Shown: positions 1 to 13,585, counted from the stretch's first letter. The stretch is 64,000 nucleotides of DNA from Balanoglossus misakiensis (GCA_040954595.2 CM082597.2:5585244-5649243); one strand, 5' to 3'. A program made the numbers and translations. Notes: a model not told the origin generated them from the letters alone.

Positions 1-3000
1 AGTGTGCTGTACTGCCTTACGAGTAACCGACGAGAATCAAGAGGACGCAGAGAAGATGGGAGTTAAGTTAATATTCCCCACACCGCGGAAACAATTCAAA
101 ATTGATACTCCCACAATTCACTGGCTGTTCAGTCCAAAGCTTTACTACCAAGATCTGCTTGAAATCCCAAACGTCCAAATGGTGTATGGATTTGGTCTGG
201 TGACGTCACACCCTGCCTCATACGTCCACAAAGAGTTCTTTCCCAGAGCTTCGTTCTATGTGGTCAACCCATATTCCTTGGATATTCCACCGATTGTCAT
301 TAGATGTGAAAGAGAGAAGTTGCAGCTGTTCAAGGAATCGCTAGAAGATGAAAGCAAAAATGCCGAAGCTGTATTCTCTGTTGGCACCTACCTATATGAA
401 CATTACTCCACCCGGTTTCAGCACAGTGACCTTGCATTTCGACATTACAAGTTGTTAAAATCACCAGATGAGAAACTATTCCAACACAGCGCCCCAAGCT
501 TCATTCCAAAGAGTCGCAACTTCACAATTCTGACGCTCGTTGACGACTATGATATCGCCAAGTTGGACAGTTCTAGCACCATTGCAGAGTCTATGAACTG
601 GGTATCTGAAAAATTCAGTGATATGTGTTGGTATCCTCCTACATGGAAAATTCTCGGCGTCTCCGAAGCAAATGAACACAAATTAAGGGAACGCCTGAAG
701 CCCCACGCGAACCTTCGCATACTTTACCAGGAGTTGCCGTCTGCAAGTAGTGAAATCATCAGAGAATTACAGGCAGCCCAGTTGGTAGTAGTACCTCCGT
801 CGTCGGTTAATGCCGTCGACGTTTCCCTCACTGCGATGGCGCTTGGAATTCCCACTCTCATTCCAATTGGATCACCACCACACCATGTTGTTTGGGAATA
901 CCTTCCTTTCTTCATTGAGGATGTGGAAGTCGACATGAGCACCGATAAAGAAATCCTTGGGAGGAAAATAATCCAAGTGGTGCGAAAGTACGAGATGTAC
1001 CTTGAAAGATCGGTCAGAATCAGACAGAAACTTCGCTCCGAGACATCCAGAGTGAATGATGAGATGAAACGGTTGTTCAATGAAGTGATACCATATCAAC
1101 ACACAAAGTCAGGTAGGAAGAGTTATATAAAGTTCACAGATATGCGGATAATCTTTAATGATAAAATAAATAACATTATTACAAATATCATTCCTCATTC
1201 AGATAACTCTGTTATCAACACAGCCAGGAGTAAGCTTATCGTGAATACAATATGATTTGACCTATTTAATATATAGTCAGTTATTAATCGATTGATGCGA
1301 AATTCCATTTGATTCGAAGCAGAAGCAAATGCTAGCAGTACCACTTGAAGTTAAACTTAGTAGTCGTGTGTTTCCTGTTTACATCACTGTGTGTCCTGGA
1401 AACTATGGAGCTATACGGGAAAGTCTCCTTATACAATGACTATAATCGGGAAGAAACGTATATACAACTTCTCAATATTGTATCATGATTTCAGTACATT
1501 GTTCTTACTTTCACACAATTAATTATTGATGATTCTACTTATTTTTTTCAATTCAACAGAAAAGCATCACACGGATGACGATGACCAAAGACCAGTAGCT
1601 TCTGGGTCTGCAGGGAACCCAAGCGGTGGTACAGATGAGGGCACAAAACGCAAAAAGAAGAAAAAACTGAAGAAAAAGAAACAAGGTTTGGAAACATTAA
1701 TATTATCAGACATGCAGCATCATAGTGATACTAAGCTAATGTTGTGACAATGTGGATTTGATTCACGTATGGTCACCTGTAAAACTACAAAACATTTGTA
1801 GTGAAAACATTCGCTTAATACTCGTGCTATAATCTACGATCTATGTTCAAGGATATACGCATTTGTTTTCAGAGCAACAACCTATGGAAGATGACGTAAA
1901 TGATCCAGATGAAGTGGAGAAAACCAGTGGTAGTAAGGGCGAGACTGCAAAACGCAAAAAGAAGAAGAAACGCAAGAAGGCAAAACAAGGTCTGCTATAC
2001 ATACAACCTTCCAAAAGTATTCTGTCATTTACCTGAGTTATACTTATATTTTGTGCAAATGTTAATGGCGTTCATCTGGACTACAGTATTCATAATGGCA
2101 CTCTTCAATTGTGTAATTGTTTTCACGCCATTAGTTAGTGAAAAAACATTGGAATATATCCCGAAAAAATAATTTTACATGTATGATTTTAAGACCATTT
2201 CAATTTGGGCATCTTGATTTTTGAGAATAAGAACGAAGTTTTGAATAAGTAGAAACTATGTCTAAATTTTGTCCAACCACTATAGGACACTAGATGTGGT
2301 GATTGTTTATCATTTCCTTATGATCTACTATTTGATGATTTTGTATTCATGCAGCGGAACAGATGGATGAAGATGCTAATGTTGAAAGCGACGGAAATCC
2401 CGGAAATCCCACCCCTGGGACGTCTGACGGTAAAAAGCGGAAAGGTGGAAAGAAACGGAAGATGGCTGTTGAAGGTTTGTAGCTTGTGCAGCTGAACTCT
2501 TTTGAACAAGTATATACATTGCGTCACTTATGGTTAAACTGTATCATCATTGCCTTTGCTGAATTCCTCCGCATTTGACTTTTCTAGACAGTGCAGTCAA
2601 ATTGACTTTCATGAGCGAATTAAAATATAGGAATAGTACAACTACACTATTTTTTTCTCAATTCATTAGAAAAGCATGACAAGAACGATGACGACAAAGA
2701 GCCAGTGGCTTCTGGATCTGCAGGAAACCCAAGTGGTGGTACAGATGAGGGCACAAAACGGAGAAAGAAGAAAAAACTGAAGAAGAAAAAACAAGGTTTG
2801 GAAACTTTAGTTTTATAAGACATGCAGTATCCTATTGATACTGTGCTATTGTTGTGATAATGAAGATACGATTCTGTATGTTCACTTGAAACAATTCTAT
2901 GATCATAGTGGTATATATAATTTCCTCATTTAAAAAGAACTTGTGATCAGAACGTAAGTCGAACACGAGTCACCATCGTTTAATGAATGAATGAATCTAG

Positions 3001-6000
3001 TACCATCTGATCTTTGCCCACTGTCTGAATGATTTTGTCTCTTAAAGTAAAGTTTATTGGAATATGTGTTTAAATGCAACTGCAAGAAGAATTTTGCGAA
3101 AATCTATTGTTTTGAAAGCCAATTTCATTTAAATGGGGGATATTTGTGTGTTTTACAATACATTCGCCAGGTTTTCAATATTCAATTTATTCCTCTATCT
3201 CTATTTTGTAGCAAGGAAAATAACGCTTTATAAATATTTCACCTTGGGTGTAATATCTATTCTGGTTTTGATATTCATATGATCACTTTTGTTATCGCTT
3301 CCTTGACGGCTATTATTTCTTTTTGTGTTTATACAGAAGAACAGGTAATGATTGAAGGTGCAAGCGAATTGCCGAGTGAAGAAAATCCCATTCCTGATTC
3401 TTCAGACGCCACACAACGAAAAAGTGTTAAAAAACGAAAAGTTGTTCCCGAAGGTATGTAAGGTGTGAACCATTGCATACCGAACACTGTCACCAATTGC
3501 AATAAGTTATCGAATATGTACTCCCTTTTAATCTGCAGGTGTTGCTTTCAAACATTTCAAGCCAATATACGCACACTTGGATTAACCTTATTAATTCTGG
3601 TTGGAATTATTTAAAACAAGTTAATCCATGATTCCTAAGGCCCTACAATAAATTCTGTCTCTCCACAGACGAGCAACAGACCGAAAGCGTCGTCAGAGAA
3701 AAAAGAAAGGGTGCGAAACGCAAGAAGGATAAAAAGCGGAAGAAGAGAAAACAAGGTTTGCAAACTGCACGACTTAATATTTGGTGATCTCTTTCACCTT
3801 TGTGTCTGGATGTAGTCATAGTACAAGAGTACTACAATCAAAATTTGTAATATAACTTATAATTTCTCGATATGTCCCTTCTCAACCTATTATTATATCC
3901 CCATCATCTAGAATCAAGAGAGATTGAAGATGACAGTGTGTCAGTGGAAAGGCAAAGTATTTCCGAGGATAAAAAGGAGAAAAGTGGTAGAAAACGGAAG
4001 CTCGTTTCTGAAGGTATGCAATGATGTATGCACCTTAACTTTTGGGAAAATGGACTTTCGACCTTACAAGAAAGATTTAATACATTTAATTGTAGATTTG
4101 ACCTGATGTTTCAATACCTGGTCATTCATAATCATTGAATATGTATCATCAAATAAGTTTATCAAATATTTTCCTCTAAGAAGAAGAAGATACAGATGAC
4201 GTCATAAGTGAGGCTAGTGATCTGGAGAAGACAGCAAACCCTCATACCAGTGGAAGTGCTCAAGACCGTCCAATACACAAAAAGAATAAAAAGCGCAAGA
4301 AGAGTAAGTGATTTAAAAAACCATCAAATTCTATTAGATTTTCGCCCATGCATTAATCATGAATTGACCTAATGCTTAATCATTTATTATTTCATCATTC
4401 AGAGAAGCAGTATAAACCTGGCACTGATGAGGAAGACAGAGTAGAGGATCATGGTACTGAAGAAAGTGTAAAACACAAAAGGACCAAGAAACAAAAGAAG
4501 AATAAACAAGGTTGGTAGAATCAAACAAAAACTTGCATAGTATTGTGACAATTGTTAATTATAATAATAGTAATGTTACACAAGATCAACAGAGTAAACA
4601 AGAACCCATTCCCTGTGAGCCAGTTATGAAAAAACAAATGTATGGTTGAAATCGAAACACTAGGTTGTAATGTTTCTCAATTGAATAACTGTTAGAGAAA
4701 GTAAAAATTAATAACAAGTGTTGTTACATCGCAAGTTCACACCGAATGCTCAATCACCAATTTTCCTTCAAGTGTAAAAGTACGCACATTTTGAAGTGTC
4801 AAAATATGAACATGTTGTCGTCCATATTATTCTGAGCAGGCACGTTCAAAGGGAATCTTGTGCTCGTAACCATGATGTGCTTCTCAATATGCCATTCACA
4901 GGGAAGCAAGGTACCGGAAATCGCAATGGTGACCAAAGTAAAGAGCAAAACACTGAAAATCCTGAACCCAGCTCTACTGAGGGTAAAAAGAAAAGTGGAA
5001 AGCACAAGCCAAGTAAGCAAGATCTAAAGTTTTCAGAATGGGTCTAAAGTTTTGCATTTCAATTATTGTATCATTGTATTAAACTTACTGGAACAGAGTT
5101 TTCAAATAGATAAATATATTAACTTAATCAGACACTGCACACTGGGTAAAACTCGATCAACGATTGAAAGTTAACATTTTATATTTCACTGCAATGTGAG
5201 AAACCACCTACGAGCTAACTATGATTTAAACATGGTAATTATAATTGGTTTAGTGTAATGAGTGTAAATTGAAACAACTTCATTGTTTTTTCCACAGAGG
5301 ATAAACATGGAAAGGATATCATCGATGAAGCAAATGAATCAAAAAACACAGAGATTCATCCCACCAATACGTCAAAGGATAAAAAACGCAAAAATGGTAA
5401 GCTTTGACCAATGAAATGAACAGTAAATACGCCATTGCCAACATGTCTTACCGAGTGTGTAGATTGTTTTGATATTTCTTTTTGCTTCTAAAAAACTACA
5501 GTGTCCGTTAAATTAACTTTACAGTGGCCAAAGTACTGAATAAATCAAAATATTTTTTCTATATGTAAGAAAGGGTCATTGTCAGAAAGAAAGGAGCATT
5601 GGCAATTCTACACAAGCTTAAGATTATCGCCATAACAATCTAATGTGGTTTCTCATATAGGTCAACTGTCTGTGAAGTTACGTGTGAGAGATGGCATACC
5701 AGAAAAAGGAAAACGCATGAAAGTAATAGAGAAAGACTTCTTCAACAGTGAAATCACCGAACGAAACTCGCATGCCTATATGACCGGACTTCTGTCTACT
5801 CATAAAGATATAGATGGACAAGCAATTGACAAAGGCAGTCTGGTGTTTGTGATGACGTGCAGGTCTCTTGAAGCAGCAGATGCATTGTGGGATGCATACA
5901 CCAGTGGTTGGCTTGATAAAATCGCCATGGATACTATGATAGATGAAGTGCTTCTCATGGAGATTGGTGCACGATTTCTGACATTAGAAGGTATCATTCG

Positions 6001-9000
6001 CTGTGATGAATATGAGCTTTGTAGAGAAGAGTTGATCGGTGAGTCTCTATAATTAGTTCCTCAATGCTTTCATTCGTTCATTTTTTCAAAGTTGCTTTTC
6101 TGAACATGCTTTGGAAATGTAGCTGTAAATACTAAGTAATTAAGTTGCCTAATTAAACAACTGCCCTTAATGAAACAATGCCCTACCAGGTAAATTGTAA
6201 GCTAACTCATGAGAAAAGTAAAAATACATCAGATTGAATATTCATTAGCTTTTAAATTTTCTTCATCATCTTATTCACTCGCTCATCTTCTTAATCTTTA
6301 CCTTAATTAATTATTTTTTTAATTCATTCCAGCTGCTGCTAAACAGAAAGATGCACTGGCCAAATCCATGAAAGAACGTTTATCTCAAAGTCTTCGGATG
6401 GATGATGGAGATGCCAAAGCAACAGTCAGCAGCATGGAGGCAACATCTACACCAACAGAGAGAATTCTGCCAACGTTGATTTACAACATCAACAAAAGGA
6501 AGCATAACTGCAGAGCACAGGAACTGGAAAACCGTGTATGCAAGGGAAAGCTTCGTGACAAGGCATGGGTGAGAAGTGTTTCCAAGGGGCGATCTATAGA
6601 AGCAGAAAAAGAAAGCCCAGAAGAGCTAAGGCTGTGGTCAGAATTTATTGGTTTGAAAGAGATGCTGAGCAACATACCTGCATTGGTTATGGACAATCAG
6701 AAACTACAGCAGAATGTTGATGTATGCAAAGAACTATTACATCAGAAGTATCGACTACTCAAAGGTAAGTGTACAATTTTCTTCAAATATTGACACATGC
6801 CTTACAGTAGCGTGACGTACAATCTCGGTAACAATGGGAGCCCACATAGGACTCCGACTCGTAGGATTCACTTCGAAAAGAAAAAAGGAGATTGTCCTGA
6901 AAATAGCAAAATGATTATAAGGATAGGCTAAAAACAGAACAATGTAGAACTATTTCGAAATATTGTTTAACCAATTGAGGAACTGATTCATCAACGCATC
7001 ACTGGCATACAAATAAGGTTTTTAGAAATACATTACAAAACAAACTTAATCTAATCACAAATCCCATTTCCAAGCAACCCAATCACAAATAATAATGTTC
7101 TAAGCAAGAAAATGCAGAAAAACTCATTTTTGTTTGAAATGTTACCATGGAAACAAAGCTGTCGGACTTACAACAATTACATAACAAAGTTGAGCAATTT
7201 TACAAAACCCATACCAAATCAACCCAATCAAAAATACTGTTATAAGCAAAAAAATTCAGAAATATGAATTTTGTTCAAAACGTTTCCATGGAAACAAGGC
7301 TGTAAGACATACAATAACTACACAAAATTGAACAAATTTCACAAATTCCGTTCCAAATCAACCTGATCCAAAATAATACTGTTCTAAGCAAGAAAATGCA
7401 GAAAAAAAAAACAATTTTGTTCAAAACGTTTCCATGGAAACAGGGCTCGGACATACAACAATAACTACACAAAGTTGAACCAATTTCACAAATCCCGTTC
7501 CAAATCAACTTGATCCAAAATAACACTGTTCTAAGCAAGAAAATGCAGAAAAACAATTTTGTTCAAAACGTTTCCATGGAAACAGGGCTCGAAGACATAC
7601 AAGAATAACTACACAAAGTTGAACCAATTTCACAAATTCCGTTCCAAATCAACCTGATCCAAAATAATACTGTTCTAAGCAAGAAAATGCAGAAAAACAA
7701 TTTTGTTCAAAACGTTTCCATGGAAACAGGGCTCGAAGACATACAAGAATAACTACACAAAGTTGAACCAATTTCACAATTTCCGTTCCAAATCAACCTG
7801 ATCCAAAATAATACTGTTCTAAGCAAGAAAATGCAGAAAAACAATTTTGTTCAAAACGTTTCCATGGAAACAGGGCTCGAAGACATACAAGAATAACTAC
7901 ACAAAGTTGAACCAATTTCACAATTTCCGTTCCAAATCAACCTGATCCAAAATAACACTGTTCTAAGCAAGAAAATGCAGAAAAACAATTTTGTTCAAAA
8001 CGTTTCCATGGAAACAGGGCTCGAAGACATACAACAATAACTACACAAAGTTGAACCAATTTCACAAATTCCGTTCCAAATCAACCTGATCCAAAATAAT
8101 ACTGTTCTAAGCAAGAAAATACAGAAAAATTATTGTTGATCAGAATGTTTCCATGGAAACAAGACTATCCGGATTACAACTGTGAATGCACAAAGTTGAA
8201 CCAAATTCACACATTCCATCAAAATAAAGAAAAATGAAAATAACATTGATATAAGCAAGAAAATACAGAAAAAAATAATTCATAATCAGAATGTTTCCAT
8301 GGTAACATGACTTTGGCACCTACATTTGCTTCAGTCACTTGTTATTTGTGTCATCATGGCAACAGAATTTGGAAAGCATTCCATTTTTCGTTCACAGAAA
8401 ATTTGCTTTTGAACTGGAAAATGTGTAGGCTGCTGTTTGACCTTTGACCTCTCTTGTTTACCTGCAGGAATTCCTCCGAAAGATACTGTCAGGAAATTGT
8501 CGGGTCAAGGTGAGGAACCAGGACAAGTCAGATGGCCAGAGGGATTGGTGATAACCCCGGATGGAGACGTGGTTGTGTGTGACACGTTCAATCACAGAAT
8601 ACAAAGACTGACCAGTCGTGATAATCAGTGTGTGTCCATTTTATCTTTCCATGCAATGCCAGAGAGATTCAAACCATATGATGTCGCTGTGTCTGATAAA
8701 AACATTTATTACATGGCTGATGATGGAAATAAATGTATTATTGTGAGTGATTCAAAGTGTAAAGTCAAGCAGGTCATCGGCATGGGTGAATTGGAAGGGC
8801 CCAGGGGTGTGTGTGTGTGTAACCATGTCAATGTTTATGTAGCAGACTTTGATGGAAACTGTGTGATAAAATATGACAGATTTGGTAAAAGAACTGCACG
8901 TAAACAACTCGATGATCCCTATTGTGTGCGACTGAACAGTCAAAATCAACTCCTTGTGTCATGTGAAGGTGAATGTTGTATCTATGTTTTGGACAGTGAT

Positions 9001-9255
9001 CTCAACACACTGTCTTCATTTGGACATGATCACTTACGGAGGCCATGGGGAATCTGTTGTGATCAGAATGATAACATCTATGTGTGTGATTGGAGGGTGG
9101 AGGAGGGGAAGGTTGTGAAGTTCAATTCAGACGGGAAGTATTTATGTGATGTCATTGAAGGCCAAGGAAAGCTTATGGGTGTTGGTGTGTTTCCTGACGG
9201 TAGAATAGTTTTCACAGATTGGTATGAGGACTGTATCAATGTATTCTACCCGTAA
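1..9255 (+). CDS. GT4-like / charged micro-exon / TRADD-N-like / coiled / NHL-repeat protein, paralog 1 (5' end outside window)
   Basis: Exons with AG/GT boundaries, all junctions phase 1: <1-1112, 1560-1685, 1873-1989, 2355-2474, 2670-2795, 3337-3453, 3669-3755, 3912-4013, 4181-4303, 4403-4510, 4902-5012, 5298-5396, 5661-6038, 6333-6764, 8468-9255 (TAA). Internal exon lengths are multiples of 3 and colinear with paralog 2. Confidence 0.8.
7005..8310. repeat. Intronic tandem repeat, ~144 bp unit, ~9 units, each with a GTTTCCATGGAAAC-type palindrome
   Basis: Palindrome starts at 7141, 7282, 7428, 7570, 7714, 7858, 8002, 8147 and 8293. Central units are near-identical. Confidence 0.95.
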
Positions 9256-9274
9256 CAAAATGTCAACAACATCC

Positions 9275-10275
9275 CAACATTTCTGGGAAATATTGGACAT
9301 TTTCCCGGCAAGTGTGGGCTAGAATTCATTATTATGATGTAAAAAACAATCTTATGAGATGAAAAACACAATTGGAGAAAATTTTATGTTTAGTAAAATC
9401 TTCAATTTTTAATATTCCCACTGAAATATTTTAGAAATTGTATGAGCAATGCTTTTCATACACAGCATTGTCAGCCGTATTGTAAATTTTCTTCCGTGTT
9501 TTGGTTATTTTCCCGGCAAGTGTGGGCTAGATTTCATTATTATGATGTAAAAGATATTCCTGTCAGATGAAGAAACACATTTGCGAAAAAAATTATGTTT
9601 TGTAAAACCATCAATTTTTAATATTCATTTTCAGACTGCATTATTTTATAGAACTGAATCAGTAAGGCCTTCACACCTGAACACAAACATGTCAACAGTA
9701 TTCTAAATTATCTTGGAAATATAAGATATTTCCCTGGCAAGTGTGGGCTAGTTTTCATTATTATGATGTAACAGACAATCTTATGAGATGAAAAACACAA
9801 TTGGAGAAAAATTTTCTGTTTTGTAATATCTTCAATTTTTAATATTTTCCCTGAAATATTTTAGATATTGAATCAACAACGCTCTTTATACACAGACATG
9901 TCAAAGGTATTGTAAATTTTCTTCCAAGTTTTGATAATTTTCCCGGCAAGTGTGGGCTAGAATTCATTATTATGATGTAAAAGATGAACCTGTGCGATGA
10001 AAAATACATTGTTGAAAATTTTCATGGTTTGTAAAATCTTCAATTTTTACTTTTTACAATGTAATACAATGTAATAGTTTACAAATTGAATCAACAACGT
10101 ACGCTTTTCATAGACAAATTTGTCAACAGTATTGTAAATTTTCTTCCAAGTTTTAATACTTTTCCCTGTAAGTGTGGACTAGATTTTATTATTATGATGT
10201 AAAAGATACTCTTGTGAGATGAAAAAGACAATTAGCGAAAAATTTTATGTTTTGTAAAATCTCCACTTTTCATAA
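9275..10275. repeat. ~215 bp tandem repeat directly after the stop codon (5 units)
   Basis: Anchor 'cccggcaagtgtgggctag...cattattatgatgtaa' at ~9304, 9512, 9732, 9942 and 10164. Confidence 0.9.
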
Positions 10276-12765
10276 AAATGATTAAAAGCTGCATTGCGGG
10301 ATTGTTGAACAGTTGTCAACATTAACCATTGCATTGCACAAAAACCGATCACAGAATTGTTGTCGTTTCTTTTGAAAATTCTACTAAATAACCGAACCTG
10401 TACATCCGTGGTATGTCGCAACAATGTTATTTGGTAAAGAATTCCTTCCAGCATCGGTAAATATTCCAAATTTTGGTGATTTTACCAGAAAACACAGCGA
10501 GATTGATGTGTAAACAACGCCGCTACGTTCTGAAATGATTTATTTCCCGTGTTTGCAATTTTTTTAGTATTTCGCCGAGGCTGGCGCTATACCTCACATA
10601 TCAGCTGGCCGTTTTGGAAATGTCTTGTACATATGTACAATTTTTCCACTTGCAGTTCCTGTTTCATATTTCCATGGGTTTTATTATTCTAATGATGTCT
10701 TCCAGCTGTCCTCATTTGAAGAGTTACGCCCACAGTTTTTGTACGAGAACACAGCAATATTCACGTAGGCTTCGTTCTTTCGAAATTATGGAGAAAATTC
10801 GATAGTTTGTTCGCTTGGTTTCCAGTGTTTTTGTCACCATTGTATAACATAATGTTGTTTTATAATAATAGTACACGACTATTGTATTCACTAATCAAAA
10901 TCATGAAAAAAGGACATTTTGGGGAATATTTATTTAAAATGTGTCAGTAAGCAGTTATACTAATTCACAGCCTGTAAGTGTACACGTCTTGATACACAAT
11001 GCATAGAATCAGTAAATTTATGCATGAAGAAAAAACGCTAGTATGTGGAAAAATACACATAAAAAACAATAATGAACTCATCCCACCTGTAATCTACCAT
11101 TTTCGATTTTTGATTGTCATTTCCTTGATATTTAAAATTTCGATCATGATACCCCACAACTTTTTCCAGCAGATTGCATTGGTTTTATTGCCATGAAAAT
11201 TTTCGATTTCAAGATCGACAAACTTAATCTCTCGAATATCAGACAGCTCCCTTCCATTCCACTAAACTATTCTCAATTCAATTTCATTTGACTGATACCT
11301 AAGTATAGTGATGTGATATTTCCCACTGTGTTCAAGCATAGACAGTAGACTAATGTCTATGGTTCAAGTTTGTTAAGTTTTGATTACCCTTGGCTTGGTT
11401 TCGGCCACAATGGACGTGCGTCATGGGTGCGCTCTGTTCGTTGCATGCAGGCATAGGACATGTCCCTGATCTAGAATGCCAAGGATATATTGTTCTTTTC
11501 AACGTTTGTCACGCAAACAAGCGTTTAAGGCGCCATGGCCAGTCGCATACGGCTGGTTCAAAACTCATCTGTCATTTAACGGTGCACTGTTTTAAAGCCC
11601 CCGGCCCTGACGGCTTTCCCCGTATTGTAAGCAACCACCTCCTTTTCCTCGAAAATCGCACGATTGCCAGGACACAACACAAGCATAAAGGTCCAGTAAC
11701 TCCGTCTCTGGGCTATTTTATCAGTAGTTTTGTTTTCGGCTGTCGTTATTTTGTCCTGCTAGGTAAAACATATGGTGTTGCTCATTTTAATAGCTGGGCA
11801 TGTCTTTTGAAAATAGCAGGAAAGATATAAATTGCTCTCCTGAAATTTGCCAGGTGAGTGGTAGGGAGAGTGATTCAACAAAATACCTGTAATAAATGTG
11901 AGTGTCACGTGAGTGGAAAATCACTCTCTTGAATTTCGGTTTGCGCGAGTTGAAATTGTAGGCGAGTGGAGTGATCACTCTCCTCAAATCGCATGGCCTG
12001 GTTTAAGTGTTCAACCTATAGTCATTTGGTGGTAATCAGCGCTGTTCGTTACTCACACTGTGATTGGCTATCAATGCTGATTGTTCAACTGGTCGTTACT
12101 CATATACAGGTTTTGATGAGAAGCTAAAGGTTGAACATTTCATGAAGCTACTACCCCGCAAGAAACCGTAGTTAATAGACAGGAGAAATCAAATGAAAAA
12201 AAGTGTGAAAATTTGGAGTTATCGTGGTATTAAAGATTCGTACGCCGCGGATCTATGCGAAAACAATCGAATTATACTCGACTAAAATAAAATATATCAT
12301 GTCATCTGGCGTGCTTATGTCAATGTTGACAGCGTGACAGCGTGGTTCCGACCAAGGCATATTCATAGGAATTGGGTCAATGTTCGAAAAATATCAGCAA
12401 GTGACCCGAAACGAGACACTCGGTGTGGGCCAGGTTCAGTAACCTTATTTACATTGCTGAATTTTTAACCATTGTAATTAGCACCCGTGTTTACTCTCCC
12501 TTGCCTATCTCGATAACAAAGTGAAACATATGTCAATAAATGCCCATGAGTTATAAAAAATATGTCAAAACCAGACTTGCTCATTCTCCAGTGGTAATCT
12601 GTTATATTTTGGGAGCTCAGTGTTTTACAGGCAGAGGTGTACGCAGGCCTGAGAAATGTGAGAGAAGCCAAATTAATTGAAATTGGGGCAATGACTTTTT
12701 CACCAGATGTCGGCGGAGTTCTCAAGTACTCTCAGATCGATCTAAAAGATACAATTATTCGAAAA

Positions 12766-13585
12766 ATAATAATAATAATAATAATAATATTTAATTCTTA
12801 AAAAACGCTTTCCATGTAAAAAGACATCCCAAAGCGCTGTACATCGCTGCTTAAAAATACAAAGACAAGTAAAATGCTAAAAATGTATCATAAAAAAAAT
12901 AGACAATGGTTAAAAATTGATAAAAAAAATGGATAAAAAAAGTCATTCCCTGAATAAAAACGTTTTAAGGCTGGATTTAAAAACATTAAAATTCTCACTG
13001 CTACGGAGTGGAACCGGTAGCTTATTCCACAACCGTGGTGCTCCTGTAGAGAATGACCTGTCACCATAAAAGGCTGTGTTAACTTTGGGTTGATCAAGAA
13101 TAAAAGAACAATCAGTTGTAGAACGAAGGTTACGGACAGAAGAACGAACACTTATGAGCTCCTTCAGGTACGACGGAGCCATATTATTTAAAACTTTGTA
13201 GGTTAAACAAAGAATTTTAAAATCAATCCGTTTCTGTATAGGAAGCCAGTGCAATCTCTTAAGTAGTGGTGTAATATGTTCTGTTTTCCTGCTTTTAGTG
13301 ACTAAACGTGCAGCGGCATTCTGAATAGACTGTAACTTATTGATTTGATAATTTGGCAGGCCATAAAGAAGGCTGTTACAATAGTCTAACCTAGAAGTTA
13401 CAAAAGCATGAACAAGTTTTTCAGTTGATTCTTGGTCTAGACAATTCCGGATTTTACTAATCCTCCACAAAGCAAAAGACGCTGATTTACACAAAGTGGA
13501 AATATGTGATGTCATGGTCATCGTAATATCAAATGTGACACCGAGGTCAATCACTGTCGGTGATGAATGGATCCCTGACTTCAAA
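12766..13585 (-). mobile_element. 5'-truncated non-LTR retrotransposon (L2/CR1 group): ORF2 C-terminus, 3' UTR and (ATT)n tail
   Basis: ORF 12943-13584 has 'DLGVTFD', 'LVHAFVTSRLDYCNSLL', 'LQSIQNAAARLV', 'HITPLLKRLHWLPI' and 'APRLWNKLP...FKSSLKT'. Typical L2-like 'agcgctttg...aaagcg' 3' end and an ATT microsatellite tail. Confidence 0.9.

Noticed and set aside
7005-8310. Regularly spaced palindromic repeats resembling a CRISPR array
   Set aside because: The sequence between palindromes is itself repeated (no unique spacers), there are no cas genes, and the context is a eukaryotic intron.
8437-9255. Stand-alone TRIM-NHL gene or horizontally acquired bacterial NHL/GT genes
   Set aside because: The ORF starts fall in acceptor tracts, there is no RING/B-box, and the exons are phase-compatible with one spliced gene.
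11390-11830. 146 aa ORF partly repeated at 29553-29825
   Set aside because: No ATG start, the frame is not preserved at either end in the second copy, and the similarity is explained by the duplication.
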